DNA from: Eledone cirrhosa
Lineage: Eukaryota
DNA length: 64,000 nt
Assembly (NCBI GenBank): GCA_964016885.1
Contig: OZ024756.1
Span: 19,344,001-19,408,000, forward strand
Reading direction: 5' to 3'
A program made the translations under genes and the position numbers. A model generated the notes under the pieces. That model was not told where the DNA came from and did no database searches. It worked only from the letters and a program-made list of their open reading frames with translations. This document shows positions 27,083 to 43,394 of this stretch, piece by piece (the first letter of the stretch is position 1; every line of letters begins with the position of its first letter).

Positions 27083-29151
27083 ATCATCATCATCATCATC
27101 AACGTTTAACGTCCGTGTTCCACGCTTGCATGGGTTTGGACGGGGGTAGTCCCACTTGAGGCAAGAGTGATTGTCTTGCTCGCATAGGACTGTCTGGCAG
27201 GTTTTCTACAGTTGGATGCCCTTCCTAACACCAACCACATTTACAGTGTGGGTCTGGGAGGTTTTTACCGTGTTGCCTACACGGCCACATTACAGCGTGG
27301 ACTGTGTGTTTTTTTGTCGTGACACCTACACGATCTCATTTGTTTCGGCCCGGATGGCGCGGCACCAACATAACTTTACATAGGACGGGGTGGTGTGGAT
27401 GGGGTGGGGGTGGTGGTGGTGGGACGGGGTGTATTTTGTTAGAGATGCCTACTGGCAAGGCGGGTCTTCTCTGTTACTGAGTACCGCCAAAGGTCTCGGT
27501 CCAGTGACATTGTCTTGGAGAGGTGTAAGTGTGTGAGGTCGGAGTTTATCAGCTCGTCCCAGGTTTTTCTAGGTCTGCCTATTCCGTGGCTACCGTCTAT
27601 CTTTATTGCCCTGCACTTTGTTATACAGCTATCGACTTTCATGCGCATCACGTGTCCATACCAACGTAGCCTTCTCTCGAGTAAACAACATCTGATCCCT
27701 CTTATCTCTAATTTTTTCCTTAGTTCGTTTATGCTTTGCCGTTCACGTATATTACTGTTACACATCCAGCGGAGCATGCAAGCTTCGTTCCTCTCTAGTC
27801 TGCGTATATCCTCTGCACACAATGCCCAGGTCTCACTGCCATGCAACATTGCTGTTCGTATGCAGGCATCGTACAACCTGCCTTTCATTTTTAGGGAGAA
27901 CCCTTTAGCAGCTAATAGTGGTATAAGCTCTCTGAACTTTTTCCAACCAGTTCTGACTCTAGCTACAGTACTTTCAGAGCACCCTCCCCCACTGCTGATT
28001 TTATCGCCCAGGTAACGGAAGCTGTCCACTATTTCTATAGAACCCTCTGCGCAATTGAAAGAGCTAGTATTGTGTGGGCACTTGCTGCTACTTATTGCAC
28101 CAGAACACCGGCCACATGTAAAATCTATGTTCTTAGTTAGCTTACCTGTGATCCCACTACATCTTTTATGCACCCATACTTTGCATTTAGGACACAAAAT
28201 GGAGTTTCTACCTACGCCTTTCCTACACACCGAGCACGACCATTTCCCAGAAGGGACCGCCGCCTTGTTTTCTTTCCTACAAACTAGAACTTTGGTCTTA
28301 GCCAGGTTAATTTTAAGTCCTTTTGACTCTAGGCCGTGCTTCCATGTTTGGAATTTCTTCTCTAGCTCGGCCATTGATTCCGCTATGAGTGTCAGGTCGT
28401 CTGCGTATAGGAGTTCCCATGGGCAGCCTGTCTTGAACTCCTCTGTTATAGCCTGAAGGGCAATAATAAATAGTAGGGGGCTGAGAACAGAGCCCTGATG
28501 GACGCCAACTTTTACGCTAAACTCTTCACTATATTCGTTGTTAATTCTAACCTTGCTGACTGTTTCTTTATACATGGCTTGTATAGCCCTCACAAGCCAT
28601 TCGTCAACGCCTAGTTTTCTAAGAGCCCACCAGATAATGGAGCGGGGGACTCTGTCGAAGGCTTTCTCCAAGTCGACAAAAGCTAAGTAGAGGGGTTTAC
28701 CTTTAGCTAGGTACTTCTCCTGTAGTTGTCGTACTATGAAAAGAGCGTCTGTGGTACTTTTGCCTGACACAAACCCGAACTGCATTGCATCTAGGTCAAT
28801 TCTCTCTCTGATTAGTTGCGCTATTACTTTTTCTGTGACCTTCATGACCTGGTCGATTAATTTAATGCCTCTATAGTTACTCCTATCTAGGGCGTCTCCT
28901 TTACCCTTATAACAGTTAACGATGATGCTGCTATGCCAGTCCTTCGGAACAACCCCATTCTGTACAACTTGGTTAACTATGCGGGTGACCATGGTGTGTC
29001 CCACCGTGCCAGATGCCTTCAGCATCTCAGCAACTATTTCCGAAGGCCCAGCCGCCTTACCTGTCTTCATATCCTTGATTGCCTTACTTATTATACTCCC
29101 CTCGACTAACACTGCTGGTCCCTCTATTGGGTCGACATGGGGGAGACTGTC
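27083..29151 (-). mobile_element. 5'-truncated RTE LINE with open RT and a PHD-like finger inserted after YADD
   Basis: ORF 27439-29112: NYRGIKL, QFGF, FVDLEKAFDRVP, GVHQGSVLSPLLF, LLYADD, CSVCRKGVGRNSILCPKCKVWVHKRCSG...CGRC, RLRWYGHVMR. 3'UTR ends in a (GAT)n tail. Confidence 0.93.
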
Positions 29152-30878
<1,727 letters not shown>

Positions 30879-31189
30879 TGGTGGCTGCCAACTCGTTTTC
30901 GAGTACGGCCACTACTTTATATCCATGTAGGAGAACCCCTACCGATGCGCTGAACAAGTGTGACTTTTTAGTCCAGCCAGCGACTTGAAAACTCTGGTAC
31001 AAAGACTACACTTGTGACAATTATTGACACATAGTGCTGGGCCCATGGTACCATGTGACAACAAGTGCAGAGAGATCTCCAGATATAAAGCAATGCCTGT
31101 GCCGTGAAGCTTTTATAGTGAGCAAAGGCACTGCACAAAGCCAGTCCCACTCTCTTAACCAAGATGATATTTACCAAAAAGAAGAACAA
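30879..31189 (-). pseudogene. Degenerate 3' end of a zinc-finger RTE relative
   Basis: The - strand encodes [23 protein letters not shown] and ends GGCCGTACTCGAAAACGAGTTGGCAGCCACCATG, like the tail at 22683. Another relic lies at ~59357-59480. Confidence 0.75.
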
Positions 31190-31337
31190 TACATACATAT
31201 ATACATACATATATATACATACATACATATATACATATATATATATACATACATACATATATACATACATATATATATATATACATACATATATATATAC
31301 ATACATATATATATATACATACATATATATGCATACA

Positions 31338-31368
<31 letters not shown>

Positions 31369-31369
<1 letters not shown>

Positions 31370-32702
31370 AAGGAGGTAGTAGAGCGGAGGCCAAGAACTA
31401 TAGGCCAGTCTCCCTGACGTCGCATATCAGTAAGGTCATGGAGCGAGTCGTCAGAAAGAAACTAATCACTTTCCTCGAAGAAAATGACCGCCTGACTAGC
31501 ACGCAACATGGCTTCCGCCCAGGAAGAAGCTGCCTTACACAGCTGCTACATCACTACGACTGGGTACTGAGACAGCTACTAGACAGCTCACATGTAGACG
31601 TGATATATCTTGACTTTGCGAAGGCCTTTGACAAGGTCGACCACGGAATGATATGTCACAAACTACACGGACTCGGCATAACTGGAAAAGTAGGTGAGTG
31701 GCTGCATGGCTTCCTGAGGGACAGAAGCCAGGCAGTCGCAGCAAATGGGGCCCTCTCGAGGGAAACACCGATAACAAGTGGGGTGCCTCAGGGGACAGTC
31801 CTGGGACCACTACTGTTTTTGGTGGCTCTCTCGGACATGCCCTCTGTGGTGCATGCAACAACATCCCTCACTAGCTATGCTGATGACACTAAGGTAGCAC
31901 AGGCAATCAAAAACCCGGCTGACGCTGCCCTCTTACAGCAGGATCTGGATGCCATATACAGATGGGCGGAAGAAAACAACATGCAGTTTAATGCTGGCAA
32001 ATTCCAAGCCCTACAATACAAACCTGCAAACACAAACACAAATATAGCGGAACACAGCTACACAGGACCAGGAGGGACCGATATCCCCGTGTCAAAATCG
32101 ATACGAGACCTGGGCATAGACATGAGCGATGATGCATCTTTTTCTTCACACATCATGAAGGTGGCGACAGCATGTAGACGATTCGCTGGCTGGATCTTGA
32201 GGACTTTCCTTACAAGAGATCGAGACACCATGTTGACACTGTGGAGGACTTTTGTCCTAAGCCGCCTGGACTACTGCTCCCAGCTGTGGTCACCCCATAG
32301 TGTCAAACTAACCACAGAGCTTGAGGCAATCCAGCGAAGCTACACCAAGAGGATTGCCAAGATGAGGGAGACAAGCTACTGGGAGAGGCTGAAGGAACTG
32401 AACCTCTACTCCTTGGAGCGAAGACGGGAGAGATACGCAGTGATCTACATGTGGAAAATCCTGGAGGGACTAGCACCAAACTTTGGCATTGGGAGCTGGA
32501 CCAACCGTCGAACAGGACGTCACTGTGTGGTGCCAAAGGTCCCGTCTTCCACATCTAGAATAAGGAGCAGGTATTGCAATAGCCTGGGATTCAAGGGCCC
32601 TCAACTCTTCAACAGGCTGCCGAGGCATCTGCGAGACTTGCATGACGTGGAGGTGGATGTCTTTAAGAAACATCTCGACACCTTGTTATCCAGGATCCCG
32701 GA
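31369..32702 (+). mobile_element. CR1-group LINE RT fragment, open frame, truncated at both ends
   Basis: [26 protein letters not shown]...[15 protein letters not shown]...[13 protein letters not shown]...[13 protein letters not shown]...YADDTK...[11 protein letters not shown]...SRIPD, running directly into microsatellite with no stop codon or 3'UTR. Confidence 0.92.
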
Positions 32703-35628
<2,926 letters not shown>

Positions 35629-35631
35629 AAC

Positions 35632-35821
35632 ATTTGTTTAATTCCATACACAGAACAAAAGCACTACCTAAGGTTTCAAGGTCAAGGTCCAATATTGAAC
35701 ATTTCTCTAAAATGCAAGAAGGATTAACATTTTGATCCTTCTTACATTTTAGAGAAATATTCAATATTGGACCTTGAAACCTTAGGTAGTGCCTTTCTTC
35801 TGTGTATGAACATAAATAAAT
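35632..35821. repeat. Foldback inverted repeat at the edge of the microsatellite field
   Basis: CATACACAGAA..GCACTACCTAAGGTTTCAAGGTC..CAATATTGAACATTTCTCTAAAATG pairs with CATTTTAGAGAAATATTCAATATTGGACCTTGAAACCTTAGGTAGTGC..TTCTGTGTATG. Confidence 0.85.
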
Positions 35822-36925
35822 AATATATTTCTACTTTCTTCCTGATTGAGCACTGTTCTCCTTTTTCACACCTACAGGTATTGCTATATATATATATATA
35901 TATATCATCATCATCATCATCACCGTTTTACGTCCGTTCTTCCACGCTAGCATGGGTTAGACAGGTTGTCCTGTTGTGGGCAGTGTCTGGTCGGCTGACC
36001 ATGCCTTGCTCATACAGGAACTGATCTGGCTTGATTTCTACAGCTGGATGCCCTTCCTAACACCAACCTCATTTACAGTGAGTGCTGGGTGCTTTTTCGT
36101 GGCGCCTACACGTCCACTTTACAGTGTGGGCTGGGTGCTTTTTTGCCGTGGCACCTCCACGACCACCTTGCGGTGGGGGGGGGGGGGGGCATATTGTTTA
36201 TATGCTTCAGCATGTACCCATGGGAGGTCGGGTACCCTGTATTACTGCGTGACGCCAGAAGTCACGGTCGTGTGTCATTGACTTTGAGAGGTGTAGTTGG
36301 GTAAGGTCGGCTTTTATCACCTCATCCCAAGTCATATATATATATTAATGAAATAGAGGTCCAAAAGCAAGCTATTTCTGAGTACCCTGACAAAGCTTGA
36401 AGAGGTTACAGACTCAAACAGCATGAGCTCATGGTCAAACTCCCTTCTTCCTTAATACAGCCACACTGCATTTCACCATGCATCGAGTATTACTGGTCTT
36501 CACTTCACACACACACGTGTGCGTGTGTATATATATATAATTGTTTCTATTTTAGGCACAAGGCCAGCAATTACCCAGTACATTACTGTTACTTTATTTT
36601 ATCGACCCCATAAGGATGAAAGGCAAAGTTAACCTCGGCGGGATTTGAACTCAGAATGGCAAGGGCCGTAACTCTATGCGTCAAAGCATAGTGTCCGACC
36701 CTCTACCGATACTGCCAATTCACAAACATAATGAAGGCTTAACAAATCATCCTTGTATTATTATATTACACTCTGTCTAGCTCTATACCTCGCCACTGAC
36801 GTGAACCTAAACATCGAGTGCTCACCCGGGTGAACCTACAGTAACTTCACATTGCACTCCCTAGATATATATATATATCTTTCCAGCATTACCTACACAA
36901 ATTACAGTGTACTGCTCTCTTGTCT

Positions 36926-37550
36926 TGTCCTAGTTGTAAGACTGTTTCTTGATAATGTGTGCACCCACATTAGAGTGGCCATGAGCCTTGGTCTCTGCCT
37001 GTGTGAGCCACATAAATGCTGTCTATAGAGCCATAATTGACAAGTTCTGACTACATCCACTCTCGTATCACCAGAGAGCACGATGTCACCCTCAGCATGC
37101 TGCCTTGAACAACATCTTCAGAAGGAGCCTTGATGCAGCCAGTTTCCCCATCACAACTGGAATCTGTTGACCTCAACTATAATGATGGTAAACATCCAGA
37201 CAGGACGACCTTTTTCTCGTTGAAGCTGGGGTTGAATCTCTAATGTGGGATGCCACATGCCAAAACACACTCCTTGGTTCCAACGTTGTTATTTCAGCCA
37301 CAAACCTGGACACTGCTGCCCATAACGTGCAGGAAAGAAGACATCCAAATACCAGGACTTAACCACTTCCTTTTCTTACCAGTCACTGCCAAGATCTCTG
37401 GTGTCCTTGGTACCACAACTACTAATTTCCTATGTAAAATTGTGAGGAGTCTATTCCATCCAAGGAAGAAGAATCCCCGAGTTGGACTGGCTGATACAGT
37501 GAGTGTCACTGGCTGTTCTCAGCAGCAATACTTTCATCATCTTGATCATG
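36926..37550 (+). pseudogene. Degenerate CRE-type RLE retrotransposon 3' fragment (second copy at 38958-39560)
   Basis: Frameshifted peptides LHPLSY..., QHAALNNIFRRSLDAA, DGKHPD, LMWDATC, GVLGTTTTNFL and SLAVLSSN match the CCHC + PD-D endonuclease of CRE-clade elements. Confidence 0.7.
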
Positions 37551-38757
37551 GACAGAGATCTACAGTCTGTCCTTCCCATTATTTTCATTATTTAATTTTT
37601 TTTTTTTTCTGAAGAGCAAGAAAATAAAACACCAGTCAAGAACTGGGGATTGATTTTCCCCCAATCCCTGTTAAACTTGCTAGCTTTCTGTCTAAAATTG
37701 CTAGCCATTATTACTGCCGAGGGCGGTGAATTGGCAGTATCAGTAGGGGGTCTGACGCCATGCTTTCCAGCATAGTCACGTCCCTTTACGGTTAACTTTG
37801 CCTTTCATCCTTACGTACCAGTAATGCACTGGGTGATTGCTGGCCTTGTGCCAAAAGTAGAAACAATTATTACTGCCACCATTGCCACCAGCTGCATTAA
37901 TCACTAATGACATGGCAGGCTTGTAAACAAGCAAACGGAAAAGAGAAGAAGATCATCCAGCGAGGCAAACCATAGAAATGAGACCTCAAACCTGGATAGA
38001 TTAGGCCACTTTAGTGAAACTTTCTGATGGATGGAGGCACTAACTGGATTGAATTTAGGCACAAGGCTGGCAAATTGAAATTAACCCTTTAGCATTCACA
38101 TTACTCTATATATACTATTATATTTTCATGGTAAATGCTTTATCTCACATAAAATCGAATCTATGAGATTTTGAAAGTATTTATTTTGAGAACAATACCT
38201 TAACATCAGTTTGAGTGACCAGTTACAGCCAGTTTCAACAGAAAAAGGTAGAGAATCCTGGCCGGTTTTAACATTAAAGGGTTAAATCGACTCCAGTCCT
38301 TGACTGGTACTATATTCGATTGACCTCGAAAAGATGAAAGGCAAAGTTGACCTCGGCAGGATTTGAACTCAGAACATAGAGGGATGTAACTATATGGTAT
38401 AAAATATGTTGTCCAATACTGGAAGGTGAATAATAATTGTTTCTACTTTTGGCACAAGGCCATCAATTACTCCAGTGCATTACTGGTACTTTATTTTATC
38501 GACCCTGTAAGGATGAAAGACAAAGTTAACCTCAGTGGGATTTGAACACAGATCATAAAGGGAGGTAACTCTTTGCTGCAAAGCATGGCGTCCAACCCTC
38601 TAATAATAATTGTTTCTACTTTAGGCACAAGGCCAGTAATTACCCAGTTCATTACTGGTACTTTATTTTATCAACCCCATAAGGATGAAAGGCAAAGTCA
38701 ACCTCGCGAGATTTGAACTCAGATCGTAAAGGGACGTAACTATGCTGCAAAGCATGG

Positions 38758-38957
38758 NNNNNNNNNNNNNNNNNNNNNNNNNNNNNNNNNNNNNNNNNNN
38801 NNNNNNNNNNNNNNNNNNNNNNNNNNNNNNNNNNNNNNNNNNNNNNNNNNNNNNNNNNNNNNNNNNNNNNNNNNNNNNNNNNNNNNNNNNNNNNNNNNNN
38901 NNNNNNNNNNNNNNNNNNNNNNNNNNNNNNNNNNNNNNNNNNNNNNNNNNNNNNNNN
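38758..38957. other. Assembly gap (200 N)
   Basis: Run of N. Confidence 1.
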
Positions 38958-40753
38958 TGTCCTAGTTGTAAGACTGTTTCTTGATAATGTGTGCACCCAC
39001 ATTAGAGTGGCCATGAGCCTTGGTCTCTGCCTGTGTGAGCCACATAAATGCTGTCTATAGAGCCATAATTGACTAGTTCTGACTAAATCCACTCTCGTAT
39101 CACCAGAGAGCACGATGTCACCCTCAGCATGCTGCCTTGAACAACATCATCAGAAGGAGCCTTGATGCAGCCAGTTTCCCCATCACAACTGGAATCTGTT
39201 GACCTCAACTATAATGATGGTAAAACATCCAGACAGGACGACCTTTTTCTCGTTTGAAAGCTGGGGTTGAATCTCTAATGTGGGATGCCACATGCCACAA
39301 CACACTCCTTGGTTCCAACGTTGTTATTTGAGCCACAAACCTGGACACTGCTGCCCATAACGTGCAGGGAAAGAAGACATCCAAATACCAGGACTTAACC
39401 ACTTCCTTTTCTTACCAGTCACTGCCAAGATCTCTGGTGTCCTTGGTACCACAACTACTAATTTCCTATGTAAAATTGTGAGGAGTCTATTCCATCCAAG
39501 GAAGAAGAATCCCCGAGTTGGACTGGCTGTTTCTCAGCAGCAATACTTTCATCATCTTGATCATGGACAGAGATCTACAGTCTGTCCTTCCCATTATTTT
39601 CATTATTTAATTTTTTTTTTTTTCTGAAGAGCAAGAAAATAAAACACCAGTCAAGAACTGGGGATTGATTTTCCCCCCAATCCCTGCTAAAATTGCTAGC
39701 CATTATTACTGCCGAGGGCGGTGAATTGGCAGTATCGGTAGAGAGTCTGACGCCATGCTTTCCAGCGTAGTCACATCCCTTTACGGTTAACTTTGCCTTT
39801 CATCCTTACGTACCAGTAATGCACTGGGCGATTGCTGGCCTTGTGCCAAAAGTAGAAACAATTATTACTGCCACCATTGCCACCAGCTGCATTAATCACT
39901 AATGACATGGCAGGCTTGTAAACAAGCAAACGGAAAAGAGAAAGATCATCCAGCGAGGCAAACCATAGACGTGAGACCTCAAACCTGGATAGATTAGGCC
40001 ACTTTAGTGAAACTTTCTGATGGATGGAGGCACTAACTGGATTGAATTTAGGCACAAGGCCGGCAAATTGAAATTAACCCTTTAGCATTCACATTACTCT
40101 ATATATACTATTATATTTTCATGGTAAATGCTTTATCTCACATAAAATCGAATCTATGAGATTTTGAAAGTATTTATTTTGAGAACAATACCTTAACATC
40201 AGTTTGAGTGACCAGTTACAGCCAGTTTTCAACAGAAAAAGGTAGAGAATCCTGGCCGGTTTTAACATTAAAGGGTTAAATCGACTCCAGTCCTTGACTG
40301 GTACTATATTCGATTGACCTCGAAAAGATGAAAGGCAAAGTTGACCTCGGCAGGATTTGAACTCAGAACATAAAGGGATGTAACTATATGGTATAAAATA
40401 TGTTGTCCCAATACTGGAAGGTGAATAATAATTGTTTCTACTTTTGGCACAAGGCCATCAATTACCCCAGTGCATTACTGGTACTTTATTTTACCGACCC
40501 TGTAAGGATGAAAGACAAAGTTAACCTCGGTGGATTTGAACACAGATCATAAAGGGAGGTAACTCTTTGCTGCAAAGCATGGCGTCCGACCCTCTAATAA
40601 TAATTGTTTCTACTTTAGGCACAAGGCCAGCAATTACCCAAGTGCATTACTGGTACTTTATTTTATCGACCCCATAAGGATGAAAGGCAAAGTCAACCTC
40701 GGCGAGATTTGAACTCAGATCGTAAAGGGACGTAACTATGCTGCAAAGCATGG
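38958..40753 (+). repeat. ~1.8-kb near-identical direct duplicate of 36926-38757
   Basis: Both copies end exactly at the gap edges and differ by small indels and SNPs. Confidence 0.9.
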
Positions 40754-42002
40754 AGTCCGACCCTCTACTGATACTGCCAATCCACCGCCAAATAATAATG
40801 GTTTCTTATATAGGCACAAGGCCAGTAATTTGGTGGAAGGGGAAAGTCGATTAAATCGACCCCAGCACATTACTGGTGCTTTATTTTATCAACCTCCTGA
40901 GGATGAAAGGCAAAGTTAACCTCGGCGGGATTTGAACTCAGACTGTAAAGGGCCCTAACTCTATGCTGCAAAGCATGGTGTTTGATGCTTTACCGATACT
41001 GCCAATCCACCACCCTAATAATAATAATAATGGTTTCTTATATAGGCACAAGGCCAGCAATTATGGGGAAGGGGAAAGTCGACTTAATCGACCCCAGTGC
41101 GTGACTGGTACTTTATTTTATCGACCCCGTAAGGATGAAAGGCAAAGTGAACCTCGGCGGGATTTGAACTCAGACCATAAAGGGCCTAATAATAATAATG
41201 GTTCCTGATTTAATTCACAAAGCCAACAATTTTTTGTTGGGGGGGGGGGGGGGGGGGGAGAAAGTCGATTAAATTGACCCCAGTGCATTACTGGTACCTT
41301 ATTTTATCGACTTCGAAAGAATGAAAGGTAAAAGTTGAGCTTGGCAGGATTTGAATTCAGAATATAAAGAGCCAGGACAAATACCTCACAGGATTTCCTC
41401 GAATGCTCTAAAGATTCTGTCAATCCCACATCCTGGATCATCATCATCATTATTTCCATTTAGCGTTAATTGTTCCATGCTTGCATTAGTGAGACAGGTC
41501 GTCCAAGTCGGGAGGCAAGTCTGACCATGTTGCACCTTGTTCTGGCGAGGCCTGTAAATTTAGCCAGGCATTTTATAGCTGGATGCCCTTCCTAACACCA
41601 GCCACATCTACAGTGTGGGACGTAGGCAATAAAAACACACAAACGTAACACATCATTGTAAAGTGTATGACAAAGCCAGCCGTTTTGAAGTACAGGTGAC
41701 AAGTCATTTTTTTTTTTTCTAGCTGAAACGGACTAGAGCAACATGCAATAAAGTGTCTTGCTCAGGGACACAACATGCTGCCCAGTAAAGGAATTGAACC
41801 CACAACATTATGACTGAACCTTATACCTTTACTAAGCCACATACCTTCACACACACATTACATTGTAAACATTTCAAATGTGTCCCTTCCACCTCCAATG
41901 TAAATGAAAACTCTGCCATCTTCAGAGTTTTTACCCGATTTTTCTCAACTGTTATTTATAGTGATCAACTCTTATTATGGTCATTTGCGTTGGGACATGC
42001 AC

Positions 42003-42058
<56 letters not shown>

Positions 42059-42408
42059 CATGGCATGGTCCCATAACTCCTGATGGAGTCGTAGGGGCAC
42101 CGTACTGACATACGGCGTTACTAGGGAATTTTTTTAACCTGGCAGAGCCCATCTCCTCTCCAGGTCTGAGTACAGCAGACTTCTTCCAGAGAAGGAGAGA
42201 GAGTGTGAGAATGGAAATGAGAAAGAGAAATATAGAGGAAGAATCTACCCCAGTACTTGACTGGTACTTTTTTTTATAAACCTCAAAAGGATGAAAAGCA
42301 AAGTTGATCTCGGTGGGATTTGAACTGAGAGCCAGAACGAATACCATAAAGCATTCTATCGACTCTGCTAATTCGCCTAATATATATATATATATAGTTA
42401 TATATAGT

Positions 42409-42433
<25 letters not shown>

Positions 42434-42441
<8 letters not shown>

Positions 42442-42943
42442 ATACTTTGGGAGGGTCATGCTGCCAATAAAAACACATGCACCTGTTGGTTTTCACTTTA
42501 TTATAAGTTTCCGGTTGGTTGGTTGGTTGGTATGATAACCGGAAGGTTGTTATATATTGTCAAAGCTCTTTCGTCACACATTCTGTGACCTCCTCAGTGA
42601 CTAGATTTTTATTTTGCGTCTCTCTCTCCTTTGTTCTGTCCTACACCATCTTGTTTTTGTGTGTAGGACAGAACAAAGGAGAGAGAGAGAGAGACAAAAT
42701 AAAAGCCTAGTCACCGAGGAGGTCACAGAATGTGTGACTAAAGAGCTTTGACAATATATAAACAACCTTCTAGTTATTGAACCAACCAACCAACCAAGCG
42801 GAAACTTATAATAAATTGAAGTGTGAAAATCATCAGGTGCATGTGTTTTTTAATGGCATCATGACCCTTCCAAAGTATAACAATATCTGTTTCAACACAC
42901 ATTTTCAGATAAGAATCTTGCAAAACAAATTCAAAAACGAATT
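42434..42943. mobile_element. Foldback element family A: ~210-bp inverted arms, a hammerhead motif in each arm, unpaired tail at 42887-42943
   Basis: Palindrome 42434-42886 centred at ~42650, with (TA)n on both sides. Confidence 0.8.
42559..42601 (-). ncRNA. Minimal type-I hammerhead ribozyme motif (intact core)
   Basis: Reverse complement: GTCA CTGAGGA G GTCACA-GAATG-TGTGAC GAAA GAGC TT TGAC. The mirror copy at 42710-42752(+) has CCGAGGA and TAAA mutations. Confidence 0.7.
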
Positions 42944-43100
42944 ATATATATATATATATATATATACGTAGAAGTTATATTTAATTTGTTGGGATTCCAA
43001 CAAACTTAAAAGTTTATAACTGATATAGAGCACTCAACAGTTTACGGGAGTAAATATTCAATATATTAATAAATGGAAACTATATTTATAAAACCATAAT

Positions 43101-43165
43101 TATTTTATTATACATATTTCAAGGGAAACCAAGGCAATCTTGGTGCGCTTTCATCAGATAAAATA
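43101..43165 (-). ncRNA. Type-I hammerhead ribozyme motif
   Basis: Reverse complement: TATTTTAT CTGATGA [AAGCGCACCAAG-ATTGC-CTTGGTTTCCCTT] GAAA TATGTA TA ATAAAATA, with an 8-bp stem I. Confidence 0.68.
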
Positions 43166-43245
43166 CAAAATTTGGTTTATAAATAGTGACATAACCGTTG
43201 AAAACAAGCTTGACAGTTATGTCACTATTTATAAAACAAATTTTG

Positions 43246-43308
43246 TATTATCTGATGAAAGCGCACGAAGATTGCCTTGGTTGCCCTTGAAATATGTATA
43301 ATAAAATA
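43246..43308 (+). ncRNA. Type-I hammerhead ribozyme motif (mirror copy)
   Basis: TTAT CTGATGA [AAGCGCAC..TGCCCTT] GAAA TATGTA TA ATAA. Stem I is shortened by a 2-nt deletion. Confidence 0.6.
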
Positions 43309-43348
43309 ATTATGGTTTTATAAATATAGTTTCCATTTATTAATATAT

Positions 43349-43394
<46 letters not shown>

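Larger units (their letters stand above)
42968..43350. mobile_element. Foldback element family B: palindrome 43059-43350 plus unpaired tail 42968-43058
   Basis: ~130-bp inverted arms with (TA)n flanks. Homologous to 50155-50525. Confidence 0.82.
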
